DNA from: a virus
Taxonomy: Duplodnaviria > Heunggongvirae > Uroviricota > Caudoviricetes
Reading direction: 5' to 3' (one strand)
Length of the DNA: 47,589 nt
Virus record (IMG/VR): IMGVR_UViG_2706794673_000013
The translations under genes and the position numbers were made by a program. Below the pieces are notes generated by a model that saw nothing but the letters and a program-made list of their open reading frames with translations, did no database searches and was not told the DNA's origin. Positions within the stretch are counted from its first letter, which is position 1. The number at the start of each line of letters is the position of its first letter. Of this stretch, positions 9,796 through 19,635 are shown piece after piece.

Positions 9796-10542
9796 ATGAA
9801 AAATATTGCGACAGGCGACGTTCTTGAACGTATCCGCAGACTGGCCCCGTCACATGTAACCGCGCCATTCAAGACGGTAGCGGAGTGGCGCGAGTGGCAA
9901 CTTTCCGAAGGCCAGAAACGTTGTGAGGAGATCAACCGTCAGAATCGTCAGTTGCGGGTGGAAAAAATTCTGAATCGCTCTGGCATCCAGCCATTGCACC
10001 GCAAATGCTCGTTTTCGAATTACCAGGTGCAGAACGAAGCGCAGCGATACGCGTTGAGTCAGGCGAAATCCATCGCTGATGAACTGATGACCGGGTGTAC
10101 AAATTTTGCGTTCAGCGGAAAACCTGGTACCGGGAAGAACCACTTAGCGGCAGCTATCGGGAATCGCCTGCTGAAAGACGGTCAGACAGTGATTGTGGTT
10201 ACCGTGGCTGATGTTATGAGTGCCCTGCACGCCAGCTATGACGATGGGCAGTCAGGCGAAAAATTTTTGCGGGAACTATGCGAAGTGGATCTGCTGGTTC
10301 TTGATGAAATTGGCATTCAGCGCGAGACGAAAAACGAGCAGGTGGTGCTGCACCAGATTGTTGATCGCCGGACAGCGTCGATGCGCAGCGTGGGGATGCT
10401 GACAAACCTGAACTATGAGGCCATGAAAACATTGCTCGGCGAGCGGATTATGGATCGCATGACCATGAACGGCGGGCGATGGGTGAATTTTAACTGGGAG
10501 AGCTGGCGTCCGAATGTCGTCCAGCCAGGAATTGAGAAGTAA
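9796..10542 (+). CDS. ydaV: DnaC-like replicative helicase loader (YdaV)
   Basis: 248-aa ORF with Walker A ([11 protein letters not shown]) and Walker B (LLVLDEIG) motifs of the IstB/DnaC AAA+ family. Confidence 0.9.
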   Translation: MKNIATGDVLERIRRLAPSHVTAPFKTVAEWREWQLSEGQKRCEEINRQNRQLRVEKILNRSGIQPLHRKCSFSNYQVQNEAQRYALSQAKSIADELMTGCTNFAFSGKPGTGKNHLAAAIGNRLLKDGQTVIVVTVADVMSALHASYDDGQSGEKFLRELCEVDLLVLDEIGIQRETKNEQVVLHQIVDRRTASMRSVGMLTNLNYEAMKTLLGERIMDRMTMNGGRWVNFNWESWRPNVVQPGIEK

Positions 10543-10564
10543 TTTTTACCGGGAGGAAATTTTT

Positions 10565-11326
10565 ATGGAGACTGTTTTTGACGCACTGAAAGCAATGGGA
10601 AAAGCCACATCCATAGAACTTGCTGCGCGACTTGATATCAGTCGTGAAGAAGTGCTGAACGAACTATGGGAACTGAAAAAAGCTGGTTTCGTTGATAAAA
10701 GCGCGTACACCTGGCGTGTGGCTGATAACAACGTTCAGCAGGAACAGCCAATGCAGGCAGAACTGCCGGAAGAAACCACCACGGCAACTGTAGTGAAAAT
10801 CTCAGAGTGCGATTTAACCGCGACGATTGAACAACGCGGACCACAAACGGCGGATGAACTGGCTACGCTGTTCGGTACAACATCCCGCAAAGTTGCTTCA
10901 ACGCTGGCAATGGCAATCAGCAAAGGACGCCTGATTCGCGTAAACCAGAACAGTAAATTTCGTTACTGCATGCCGGGCGATAATTTACCAGCAGAGCCGA
11001 AAGCTGCATCGGTAGCGGAAACTGATGGTAAAGCCTTTCCTCAGCCAGCCGGTGTTGCGTTACCAGTACAGGAAGCGGCAACACAGGAAGATATTAAAAC
11101 AGAAACTGTGGCGGACATTGTGCAGTCGCTGCCATCGTTTACTGAAACGCAAGCGGATGACCTAGTTTTACCATCGCTGCATATGGCAAACCGCGAACTG
11201 CGTCGGGCGAAAAATCATGTCCAGAAGTGGGAGCGAGTCTGCGCCGCGCTGCGGGAGCTGAACAAGCACCGGGATATTGTCCGACAGATTGTCGATTCCT
11301 CCAGTCGTATTGTGTCGGAAAAGTGA
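10565..11326 (+). CDS. YdaW-like protein (full length)
   Basis: 253-aa product from ATG 10565 ([13 protein letters not shown]...) preceded by GGGAGGA; N-terminal winged-helix-like segment. Confidence 0.6.
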   Translation: METVFDALKAMGKATSIELAARLDISREEVLNELWELKKAGFVDKSAYTWRVADNNVQQEQPMQAELPEETTTATVVKISECDLTATIEQRGPQTADELATLFGTTSRKVASTLAMAISKGRLIRVNQNSKFRYCMPGDNLPAEPKAASVAETDGKAFPQPAGVALPVQEAATQEDIKTETVADIVQSLPSFTETQADDLVLPSLHMANRELRRAKNHVQKWERVCAALRELNKHRDIVRQIVDSSSRIVSEK

Positions 11327-11341
11327 TTGCCGGAGGCGCTT

Positions 11342-11758
11342 ATGGCAAAAGTTTTTACACAGGAAGAGCGTGAAAAAATTAAGGAGCAGGTTGTTGAGTT
11401 GGTACGCCAGAGTGGGCGCGAGACGTTAAGGCAACTGGAGGCCAAGACAGGTGCGACAAGATATCTGATGAGCATTCTTGCCAGAGAGTTGGTTGCCAGT
11501 GGCGATGTATACAACTCTGGCTATGGGTTATTCCCGTCTGAACAGGCTCGTAAGGATTGGAAAAACGCCCGCAAAAAACTATCCAGGGCAAAGGTGAAAA
11601 AAACGGTTGTGGTTGATCCTGACCTTATCTGGTCATTACCAGACGGAGAAATACGCCGCTATGACAGGCGTCAGAACATAATCTGTCGCGAGTGCCGGAA
11701 GAGTGAAGTTATGAAACGTGTACTGGCATTTTATCAAGGAAATCTTCGGTATTTATAG
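11342..11758 (+). CDS. Hypothetical protein
   Basis: 138-aa ORF from ATG 11342 (MAKVFTQEEREKIKEQ...) with GGAGG SD; basic C-terminal half with a CxxC pair (CRECRK). Confidence 0.5.
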   Translation: MAKVFTQEEREKIKEQVVELVRQSGRETLRQLEAKTGATRYLMSILARELVASGDVYNSGYGLFPSEQARKDWKNARKKLSRAKVKKTVVVDPDLIWSLPDGEIRRYDRRQNIICRECRKSEVMKRVLAFYQGNLRYL

Positions 11759-11957
11759 ACGTTACTAGATCAAAGAGCATTAGTTCATATGTAAATTGAC
11801 ATTTTTCTGGCACAGGGGAGAGCTAGCGTGGTTGTCCGCTTTGTGCCAATAGCGGACATTGCTGGCTCATGGTATGTTAGTTTAAGGAGGCAGGTTATGC
11901 CCTGTATTTCGCTGTGGTATAATAGTTGCGCAATTGATACAAGGGAGCGTTACATCG

Positions 11958-12919
11958 TGAAAATTGTTTTCGAGGTTAATGGAAAGAAAGTTCCACTAAA
12001 ATCTTTAAAATACATAAGCAAAAAAGATCAACTCGAAGTAATGAAAAACTGGTTCTTTGAAAACTTTGAAGATCCGGCAAATGCTTGTCCGTATGAAAGT
12101 AGAGAAGGTGGCTATGCTTACATATATGGCGGGCCGTATGATGCGAGCGAAGAACTACAATCCATCTTCGGTCAATATGTTAAATCTGAGTATATTGAGG
12201 AATTAGTAGATGAATTACAAACACAATGTTTTGACTGGTCTGGAAACTCAAATAATATAGATGATTGGTACGATGATGATATCTACGACGCTGTAACGTC
12301 TTCCGGTAATCCGTATTTAAAATTCATTGATAATATCGATAAAATAAAAAAACTTGCAAAAGATAAAACTGAACAACAGCAAAAAAACCACTTGCTTAGT
12401 TTGCTCTACACGAATGTTATTACAGCTTTGGAAACGCTTTATGTTGAGCTATTCATTAATTCTATAGAGAAAGATGATGTCTACATAGCCAATTGTATAG
12501 AAAAAGGTAAGACTGAATTTAAAGTAAGCAAAGATATTGCTGCGTTGCCTTTCAAGGGTGAACCCATCGAGAAAATTAGGGGAGAGCTAATCAGGTCAAT
12601 CAAGGAACACTTGATCAGTGCAAGCTGGCATAGCACTAAAAAGGTAATCGACCGCTATGAAGCTACATTCGATATAAAAGTACAAAAAGACTGTCCGATA
12701 GAAGCTATTGAATTGGCAACCCTCAATCGAAATCACTTAGTGCATCGTGGTGGAAAGGATAAAGAAGGGAACCTCGTAGTGATTACAGACCAGGATCTTG
12801 AAACGCTGATTGAAAATGCATCGAACCTGGCAATTATGCTCTACAACAGTTTAAATGTAGCAACGAATAAAACCACCATTTTGCAACCAGATGACAAACC
12901 GTTCATTCATGAATTTTAA
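11958..12919 (+). CDS. Hypothetical protein A of AT-rich cassette (candidate defence/abortive-infection protein)
   Basis: About 320 aa from GTG 11958 preceded by AAGGGAG (alternative ATG at about 12041); visibly AT-rich, K/N/I/D-rich codon usage unlike flanking phage genes; R-x4-H motif (RNHLVH) near C-terminus. Confidence 0.55.
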
Positions 12920-12934
12920 TAGCGCAGGTCATAC

Positions 12935-13936
12935 ATGGATATTCGCACACGAAAGACAAAATTTTTAGAGTCGTTAGATTCAACTGAAGTGATACGCAAA
13001 GCAGTAAGTCTCGCTATAGATTGCATTATTGATAATCATAATAGTAATGAAGATACCCCCTTAGTTATTACCAGCTATGATGATCTCTGTAGAATCCAGG
13101 TGCTAAATTATGTACAGGAGTTTTGCGAAGCTGCATTCCCTGATATGGATGAATATTACTTTAGTCCTAACATACTTCGCATCAACGGCAAGACTAGTGA
13201 AGAAGCTTGTATTAACTTAATTAAACTCTTAAGAAGTACAAAAGGCATGCTATTCTGGTCCGATGCCCCATCGTGGTTCGCTAGCCTCCCCGACGGATTA
13301 TTCCATGTTGTTAACATTGATCAAAAAATCGTTACTCGCGGCCTTAATAAGAAAAACTCTAAGCCGACAATAATCAATAAAGATTACAGTGTAGATACAC
13401 TACTATCAGAGCTATTTTTGAATGGCGCACACATGGAGCAACCCAACGTACACAACGTTTCTGAGGGAAACATGAAGTTCTATGATGAATGCCATGCTGG
13501 ATTAATCAGACCAATACCCGCTCCAATAGGCGCGTCATACGATGAAGAGATCACAATTAATTCTCCAGATTGGCAAAAGCTCGCGTGTGTAGCTTTACGC
13601 CGCTATCAGTCGAAGGAATGTCATGACGGAATGCAATGGGATACAACCGATCATGGTTGGACTGATGTAATCGCGTATCCATTCGTCGAAGAAATACAAT
13701 CAATGGATAATAGTGGTTATCGACAATGTTTAGTTGGGCTGGTCACAATAAACAATTCAAATGCAAATTCTCCGTACCTATCTACCGTTTGGATACATCC
13801 ATTTTATCGCAGGAGAGGGTTATTAAGTAAGTTATGGCCAAAATTACAAGAGTTATATGGAAGTAACTTCGAAATTGAGCGACCTAATGAAAATATGAAA
13901 GCATTTCTGAAAAGTGCGAAACACGCAGATTACTAA
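12935..13936 (+). CDS. Hypothetical protein B of AT-rich cassette (possible GNAT-like C-terminal domain)
   Basis: 333-aa ORF 15 nt downstream of protein A, same strand and same AT-rich composition; C-terminal segment CLVGLVTINN...VWIHPFYRRRGLLSKLW resembles the GNAT acetyl-CoA binding motif. Confidence 0.55.
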   Translation: MDIRTRKTKFLESLDSTEVIRKAVSLAIDCIIDNHNSNEDTPLVITSYDDLCRIQVLNYVQEFCEAAFPDMDEYYFSPNILRINGKTSEEACINLIKLLRSTKGMLFWSDAPSWFASLPDGLFHVVNIDQKIVTRGLNKKNSKPTIINKDYSVDTLLSELFLNGAHMEQPNVHNVSEGNMKFYDECHAGLIRPIPAPIGASYDEEITINSPDWQKLACVALRRYQSKECHDGMQWDTTDHGWTDVIAYPFVEEIQSMDNSGYRQCLVGLVTINNSNANSPYLSTVWIHPFYRRRGLLSKLWPKLQELYGSNFEIERPNENMKAFLKSAKHADY

Positions 13937-14113
13937 TTTATGAATCAGTCTGTGGAGTTAGGGTTGGTGTGAACAAGTAGGGTAAGAGCCTCAACGTGAT
14001 GCTATGCCGACCTGCTCCCTGAGAATTCACACAGAAGGCTGCTAGCAATGTCTGCAGATCGCTCAAAGCGGACTAAAATGTTGGCTTGTTTCTGACTTAG
14101 AGCATTTAAGGAA

Positions 14114-14338
14114 GTGCTGGTGGTGACTGGTTGTTGTGTTCCATTTCTACAGAATAAAATCACAGAAACTATACCCAATAGTTGTATTGAATCACTGACG
14201 AGACAGCCTCATATTTATCAGGACTGGTGTGCGTCTAATACAGGGGGTTGTCGTGCTGGTTCTCAAATGTGCGCTGGCTATTGCGGCTGTAATGGCAATT
14301 TATTGTCTTGCTGTTGTTCTTATGGAGCGGCTTTCTGA
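14114..14338 (+). CDS. Small Cys/Gly-rich ORF (possible peptide; may be non-coding)
   Basis: 74-aa GTG-initiated ORF ending ...CRAGSQMCAGYCGCNGNLLSCCCSYGAAF; poor SD spacing; no family recognised. Confidence 0.2.
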   Translation: MLVVTGCCVPFLQNKITETIPNSCIESLTRQPHIYQDWCASNTGGCRAGSQMCAGYCGCNGNLLSCCCSYGAAF

Positions 14339-14556
14339 TTGATTACATACTGGCTAGAAAAAAGGTGTTACCTTGGTTTATCTTTGTCCGGCAAGGTGCG
14401 CTCATTAATCTTAAGTAAATTTATTGCTCAAGTATTCAGATTACTTCTTATGGTTGAAGTCTCCTGTCAATGTAGAACCAATATATTTACAAAAATGAGA
14501 CCCGTCGGGGATAGCCCTGCCGGGTCTGACTGTTAAAGCATTTTTAATATGATCAT

Positions 14557-14895
14557 CTATTTTTTGGTGCTATAGACTTTTTCGCCCGAAAAGTCTGGAG
14601 CGACCCAAAAGTTAATATTAAACTGAGCATCATCGCTTAGTTCAACACGGTGCCAGTATTGTGGTGGGCTTGTTGCAAAAGCGCCAGCATTAATGACTAC
14701 TTTTATCTCCGGTTCAGTAGCATTCTCATCAGTAAAACCATAATATGTTACAGTGCCTTCCATTACGCACAACTGCCCAAAAACACCTGCTGCTGTATTA
14801 TGATGTGTTAATAACGCTGAAGGTACGTTCTCTTTTGTGAAGAACGGAGTTGAGCGTTTGATTACCCAATCTTTAGGAATTCTCTTGTGTGTCAT
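14557..14895 (-). CDS. YeaR-like DUF1971 protein (tellurite-resistance-associated family)
   Basis: 112-aa product from internal Met with GGAGGAGG SD; RSTPFF...GVFGQLCVMEGTVTYYGF...YWHRVELSDDAQFNINFWVAP resembles E. coli YeaR. Confidence 0.65.
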   Translation of the reverse strand: MTHKRIPKDWVIKRSTPFFTKENVPSALLTHHNTAAGVFGQLCVMEGTVTYYGFTDENATEPEIKVVINAGAFATSPPQYWHRVELSDDAQFNINFWVAPDFSGEKVYSTKK

Positions 14896-15720
14896 AACCA
14901 CCTCCTCCAAAACATGCATTAAAAATGCATCTTTTGGAGGGTTATGTCAAGCTGTTATGAAACACATAATTGATATGTTGATTAGAGGAGAAGATAGAAT
15001 AAATATGGTTGTTTTTCGTATAACTATTTGTTTTACTTTTAGTTTATGCATTCTGTGTGTTNNNNNNNNNNNNNNNNNNNNNNNNNNNNNNNNNNNNNNN
15101 NNNNNNNNNNNNNNNNNNNNNNNNNNNNNNNNNNNNNNNNNNNNNNNNNNNNNNNNNNNNNNNNNNNNNNNNNNNNNNNNNNNNNNNNNNNNNNNNNNNN
15201 NNNNNNNNNNNNNNNNNNNNNNNNNNNNNNNNNNNNNNNNNNNNNNNNNNNNNNNNNNNNNNNNNNNNNNNNNNNNNNNNNNNNNNNNNNNNNNNNNNNN
15301 NNNNNNNNNNNNNNNNNGAAATATGATTCCAGCAACTTATCATGTGGCTACTTTATAAAAATAATGCCCATATAAAACAACAAGCGAAAAGGATTACGGA
15401 TAAAAAAGGAGCGAGATGTGCGAACTTGTTATTTTCCATGTTTAACCACCTTAAATAATTGATGATGACGGGATGATNNNNNNNNNNNNNNNNNNNNNNN
15501 NNNNNNNNNNNNNNNNNNNNNNNNNNNNNNNNNNNNNNNNNNNNNNNNNNNNNNNNNNNNNNNNNNNNNNNNNNNNNNNNNNNNNNNNNNNNNNNNNNNN
15601 NNNNNNNNNNNNNNNNNNNNNNNNNNNNNNNNNNNNNNNNNNNNNNNNNNNNNNNNNNNNNNNNNNNNNNNNNNNNNNNNNNNNNNNNNNNNNNNNNNNN
15701 NNNNNNNNNNNNNNNNNNNN

Positions 15721-16320
15721 ATGGCGCATATACAACTGGTCAAACAAACCTCTTCTGGTTTACTTCTCCCGGCGACGCCGGAGAGTTGCGATTTTCTGCA
15801 TCAAATCAAAATAGGTGAGTGGATACACGCAGACTTTAAGCGTGTGCGTAACTACGCATTCCACAAGCGTTTTTTCAAACTCCTGCAACTGGGATTCGAT
15901 TACTGGACTCCGGTCGGTGGGGCGATCACGCCTCGCGAACGAGAACTGCTGTCTGGTTTCGTTGATTACCTGTGCGAATCAGTTGGTCGGGAACACACGC
16001 CAGCCCTGAGTGATGCCGCAGAGCAATACCTTAACACCGTTGCGACTCGTAGAACCCGGGATACGGCGTTGCTAAAGTCGTTTGAGGCTTTCCGCGAGTG
16101 GGTAACCATTCAGGCCGGATTTTACACCGAGCATATTTATCCGGACGGTAGCCGTGGGCGTCGGGCAAAATCCATCGCTTTTGCGAATATGGACGAAGTC
16201 GAGTTTCAGCAGGTTTATAAATCTGTACTGAATGTGCTGTGGAACTGGATTCTGTTCCGTAAATTCTCCTCTCAGGAGGAAGTTGAAAATGTGGCCGCAC
16301 AACTACTGGAGTTTGCGTAA
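15721..16320 (+). CDS. DUF1367-family lambdoid prophage protein
   Basis: 199-aa ORF beginning right at the edge of an N run (true start may lie in masked sequence); family commonly found in nin regions of lambdoid phages. Confidence 0.6.
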   Translation: MAHIQLVKQTSSGLLLPATPESCDFLHQIKIGEWIHADFKRVRNYAFHKRFFKLLQLGFDYWTPVGGAITPRERELLSGFVDYLCESVGREHTPALSDAAEQYLNTVATRRTRDTALLKSFEAFREWVTIQAGFYTEHIYPDGSRGRRAKSIAFANMDEVEFQQVYKSVLNVLWNWILFRKFSSQEEVENVAAQLLEFA

Positions 16321-16610
16321 TGGTGAATTTACGTAAAGCGGCTAAAGGCCAGATGTGCCAGATCAGAATCCCTGGCTACTGCAATCACAATCCCGAAACC
16401 TCTGTGCTGGCGCATTACAGGCTGGCGGGGACGTGCGGAACAGCGACAAAACCACATGATATGCAGGCGGCGATAGCCTGTAGCTCATGCCACGATCTAA
16501 TCGACGGGCGGGTAAAAACCAGCGATTACACCAAAGAAGAATTGCGCCTGATGCATGCTGAAGGGGTTTTTCGCACACAAGAAATCTGGAGAAAGAAAGG
16601 TCATTTATGA
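16320..16610 (+). CDS. DUF1364-like Cys-rich small protein
   Basis: 96-aa ORF with C/H-rich segments (CQIRIPGYCNH ... CSSCHDLIDGR); overlaps neighbours by 1-4 nt. Confidence 0.55.
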   Translation: MVNLRKAAKGQMCQIRIPGYCNHNPETSVLAHYRLAGTCGTATKPHDMQAAIACSSCHDLIDGRVKTSDYTKEELRLMHAEGVFRTQEIWRKKGHL

Positions 16611-17149
16611 TTTACCCAACGAATACAGGAAAAAGCGGAGAACACCTTCGCCTCACCACGCTGGAAAGTGTCTGGATTCAGGGAAAACTACGTATGTGGG
16701 GGCGCTGGTCGTATATTGGCGGTGGCAGGTCAGGGAATATGTTCAATCAGTTGTTGGCATCCAAAAAACTGACGAAAACAGCCATTAATGAAGCCCTGCG
16801 CAGAATGAAAAAAGCGGGAATAGAGAAAGCTGAGCTGGAAGCGTTTTTGCGAGAGATGATCAACGGCAAGCAAAAGAGCTGGCTGGCGCATTGTACTGAT
16901 GCAGAGGCGTTATGTATTGATCGAGTCATAAGTGAGGTGCTGGCAGAGCATCCAGGATTGATTTGCATTCTCCGGCAACGCTATGAAGGGCGGGGGATGA
17001 CTAAGCGCAAAATGGCTGAATTGCTAAATGATGCACACCCAGAGTGGTGTTTTAGCACATGCGAAAAACGGATTGCTAATTGGTTAGCTGTTGCTGAGTA
17101 TGCCCTATATATTCCCATGCGTGAATCATTTGCTGAGAAAATGGCTTGA
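16607..17149 (+). CDS. Putative late-gene antiterminator (Q-like)
   Basis: 180-aa ORF at the position of Q, directly upstream of intrinsic terminators and the late/lysis genes; family assignment by position and general resemblance only. Confidence 0.55.
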   Translation: MIYPTNTGKSGEHLRLTTLESVWIQGKLRMWGRWSYIGGGRSGNMFNQLLASKKLTKTAINEALRRMKKAGIEKAELEAFLREMINGKQKSWLAHCTDAEALCIDRVISEVLAEHPGLICILRQRYEGRGMTKRKMAELLNDAHPEWCFSTCEKRIANWLAVAEYALYIPMRESFAEKMA

Positions 17150-17229
17150 TTTCTTACGTATAAACTGCTTCAATTTTGCTATGCTTCGCAAAGCTGTATC
17201 GCGAGGCGGATTGCAGACATGGACATCGT

Positions 17230-17257
17230 AAAAAAACCGCTTAATGCGGTTTTTTTA
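17230..17257 (+). terminator. Intrinsic terminator downstream of Q-like gene
   Basis: Hairpin AACCGC-TTAAT-GCGGTT followed by T7; preceded by an A-run (could work in both directions). Confidence 0.6.
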
Positions 17258-17577
17258 CGTCAGGAAAGCAGGGGAGAATGCTGCTAGTTGGGCAACTGGT
17301 CTTTCTGCTCCAAATTATAACAGAGACCAGTTATAGTTTCGGTGCTGTGTTTTTTTTACAATATTGTGATAACACATTGCTGGCGGGAGTTTTGATATTT
17401 CTTGGCAGGGGCTGATGATGCGTTATCCTGATGTCGTCAACTCATATAAAATGAGATGAGAGATCATTGCAGGGTGGTTTGTAATTCGCTGTTTAGCGGG
17501 ACAATATGTTGTCTGATACAAGACACCCGACGCCTCAGATTACTATAATAAAGACGAAGCATCCTTTGTATTGACCA

Positions 17578-17603
17578 ACCGCCTGTTTAGGCGGTTCTTT
17601 TTG
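17578..17603 (+). terminator. Intrinsic terminator (tR'-like) about 30 nt downstream of a TATAAT box
   Basis: Stem ACCGCCT / AGGCGGT with GTTT loop followed by CTTTTT; TATAAT at 17544-17549. Confidence 0.5.
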
Positions 17604-18193
17604 GGCTGGTTTATTGTATGCCAAATGATTATTAAAAAGGTTGTGTTAATAACAAGATCCGAAATAATATGCCTGCATATTTTTATCTTGCTTATATTCT
17701 GCATATTGTGCATAGCAGGCTCATCCCTGCAATCAAAACTGTATGATGAGTATTTTTTGTTTTCCTTTTTTCCAGTCATCTGATGATGACCTGCTTCTTT
17801 TTAATCCGGATCGACATCAGTTTTTTAAGATAATTCCTGCGAGTTATATGCATAAATGCCACAAACTCCGCATTTTATGTGGTTGGGAGTTGCCGGGCGC
17901 GCAGTGAGTTTGCTAAGAAAACTCCTGCATGGTGAATCCCCCTGTGCGGTGGGGTGATACCATTAACCTTTTCTGTCGCCGACAGGTATCACGAACATTT
18001 TGTTCACCGGGAGGCACCCGGCACCATGCACTTCAATAGATTCTCTCCACATTATGGATATTCTTTCAGAATATCCCACGCAGACTTTGTGTAAATGTTA
18101 ACAAATGTGCGTTTTATTTGATCTGATTCGCTGTTTGAGCGTCCAAAACAACGGTATATATAATCCTTTACTATATGACATATGTGAGGAAAA

Positions 18194-18622
18194 ATGGGTT
18201 TTCGTAGCGCATCAATTCTTACGTTGATTATTAGTGGGATTATTATCGGGTGCACTGATGCTGTATCGACAAATTATCATGACCGTACATCATATTACTC
18301 CGATAAAGCAATAGAGACACAGTATGTGAGTTCATCTGAACGTACTTCTGATGTTAGTGAGGATATCCGTCTGTATGCCCATCAAATCAAGAGCGCCATC
18401 GAAAAACAGTTCGGGGATGCGAGTAAGTATTCAGGAAAAGAGTGTACACTGAGAATGCATATGGCCCCGAATGGCCTTCTACTGGAGGTTAAAAGAGAAA
18501 GTGGAGACCTCGATTTATGTCGTGAAGCGATGAATGCGATAAAGAATGCTGATATACCTGCCCCCCCTTCGCCGGAAGTATATAAAGTATTTCAAAATGG
18601 GGTGCTGGATTTTAAACCCTGA
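18194..18622 (+). CDS. Lipoprotein with TolA C-terminal domain (domain III)-like region
   Basis: 142-aa ORF with signal peptide and lipobox (IIIGC); C-terminal 80 aa (IKSAIEKQFGDASKYSGKECTLRMHMAPNGLLLEV...PEVYKVFQNGVLDFKP) closely parallels the C-terminus of E. coli TolA as recalled; SD GAGGA upstream. Confidence 0.75.
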   Translation: MGFRSASILTLIISGIIIGCTDAVSTNYHDRTSYYSDKAIETQYVSSSERTSDVSEDIRLYAHQIKSAIEKQFGDASKYSGKECTLRMHMAPNGLLLEVKRESGDLDLCREAMNAIKNADIPAPPSPEVYKVFQNGVLDFKP

Positions 18623-18772
18623 TATTTATTGTTTTGTAATAAACGGTTTCGGCTTAGGTTTGTTCTGACACAGCTACGGCACTGAGCTAAATTTAGCGGA
18701 TAGTCAGCTCTGAGCCAGTGGCGGACGTAACAACTACTATTGCTGAGATTTTAATGGATTGAGGAGCAAGAA

Positions 18773-19168
18773 GTGGGATTAAAGAAAATCGTTATGTTGA
18801 CTTTTTGGGTCGGTTTTGTTGCGGGATGCACACCTTTACACCCTTCAGATTGCCACAAAACTACTGCTACAGGTAGTTGCAGTTCAGGACGCTGGGATGA
18901 TCAGGATGAATGGGGGGCGCAAGCGCGGGGAATCAGAGCTGCAATTAATGCCAAACTTGATGAGCCGCATAACTGGAAAGGGAAAAAATGCAGGTTGCAT
19001 ATGGAATTCTCTCAGGATGGCACGGCGTTAAAAATATCTACCAGTAACGGTGATAAAGCCTATTGCGAAGCGATAAAGTCCGCAGCTCATAAAGCCAAAT
19101 TTCCGGCCTTCAACAATCCGGAAGTCTACAGAGATTTTCAGAAATCTGGCTTTGACATGCGAGGTTAG
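18773..19168 (+). CDS. Lipoprotein, paralogue with TolA-CTD-like fold
   Basis: 131-aa GTG-initiated ORF (SD GAGGAG), lipobox FVAGC; C-terminal region aligns with the upstream lipoprotein (KKCRLHMEFSQDGTALKIS...CEAIKSAAHKAKFPAFNNPEVYRDFQKSGFD). Confidence 0.65.
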   Translation: MGLKKIVMLTFWVGFVAGCTPLHPSDCHKTTATGSCSSGRWDDQDEWGAQARGIRAAINAKLDEPHNWKGKKCRLHMEFSQDGTALKISTSNGDKAYCEAIKSAAHKAKFPAFNNPEVYRDFQKSGFDMRG

Positions 19169-19419
19169 CTCTTCAATTACTATATCTCATTCATAGCAAA
19201 CTGACAGATTTGATGATGTTCTATATACGAAACCTGTGATGTCAAGTCTGAGCTAATACAAATAAACATAATATCAGAGAAATACATTTTATTAGCTCGC
19301 TACGGCGAGCTTTTTATATTGCATCGTCTCCAGCATATATATCAATTAAGGCTCTGATTGATGTGTCTGAAAGCCTACACATAATAACTATGCCATCCGT
19401 TCCGTGCGGAGGTGAGGCT

Positions 19420-19635
19420 ATGAAATCCATGGACAAAATTTCAACAGGCATTGCCTACGGCACCTCCGCAGGCAGTGCTGGCTACTGGTTTTTACAGTTG
19501 CTCGATAGAGTAACTCCGTCACAGTGGGCTGCAATCGGTGTGCTGGGTAGTCTGGTATTTGGCCTGCTGACGTACCTGACAAACCTTTATTTCAAGATTA
19601 AAGAAGATAAGCGCAAGGCTGCGAGAGGTGAATAA
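19420..19635 (+). CDS. Class II pinholin (S21/EssD-like) with dual-start motif
   Basis: 71-aa product [29 protein letters not shown]... with two TMDs; Met1 and Met4 give the antiholin/holin dual start; SD GGAGGTGAGG. Confidence 0.85.
   Translation: MKSMDKISTGIAYGTSAGSAGYWFLQLLDRVTPSQWAAIGVLGSLVFGLLTYLTNLYFKIKEDKRKAARGE

Noticed and set aside
15039-15814. Track ORFs made almost entirely of X residues
   Set aside because: Produced by translating runs of N; no sequence information. The same applies to the X-rich ORFs at 29262-29834, 32479-33604, 39081-39587, 41133-41466 and 42261-44943.
17294-17357. Inverted repeat AACTGGTCT/AGACCAGTT with a downstream T8 run as an intrinsic terminator
   Set aside because: Loop is about 21 nt and the T-run lies about 18 nt beyond the stem, so it does not fit a canonical terminator; kept only as a hairpin in the late-leader finding.
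17150-18190. tRNA genes downstream of Q (as found in some Stx phages)
   Set aside because: No cloverleaf-compatible segment or conserved T-loop (GGTTCGAATCC-like) motif seen by eye; a tRNAscan run would be needed to confirm absence.
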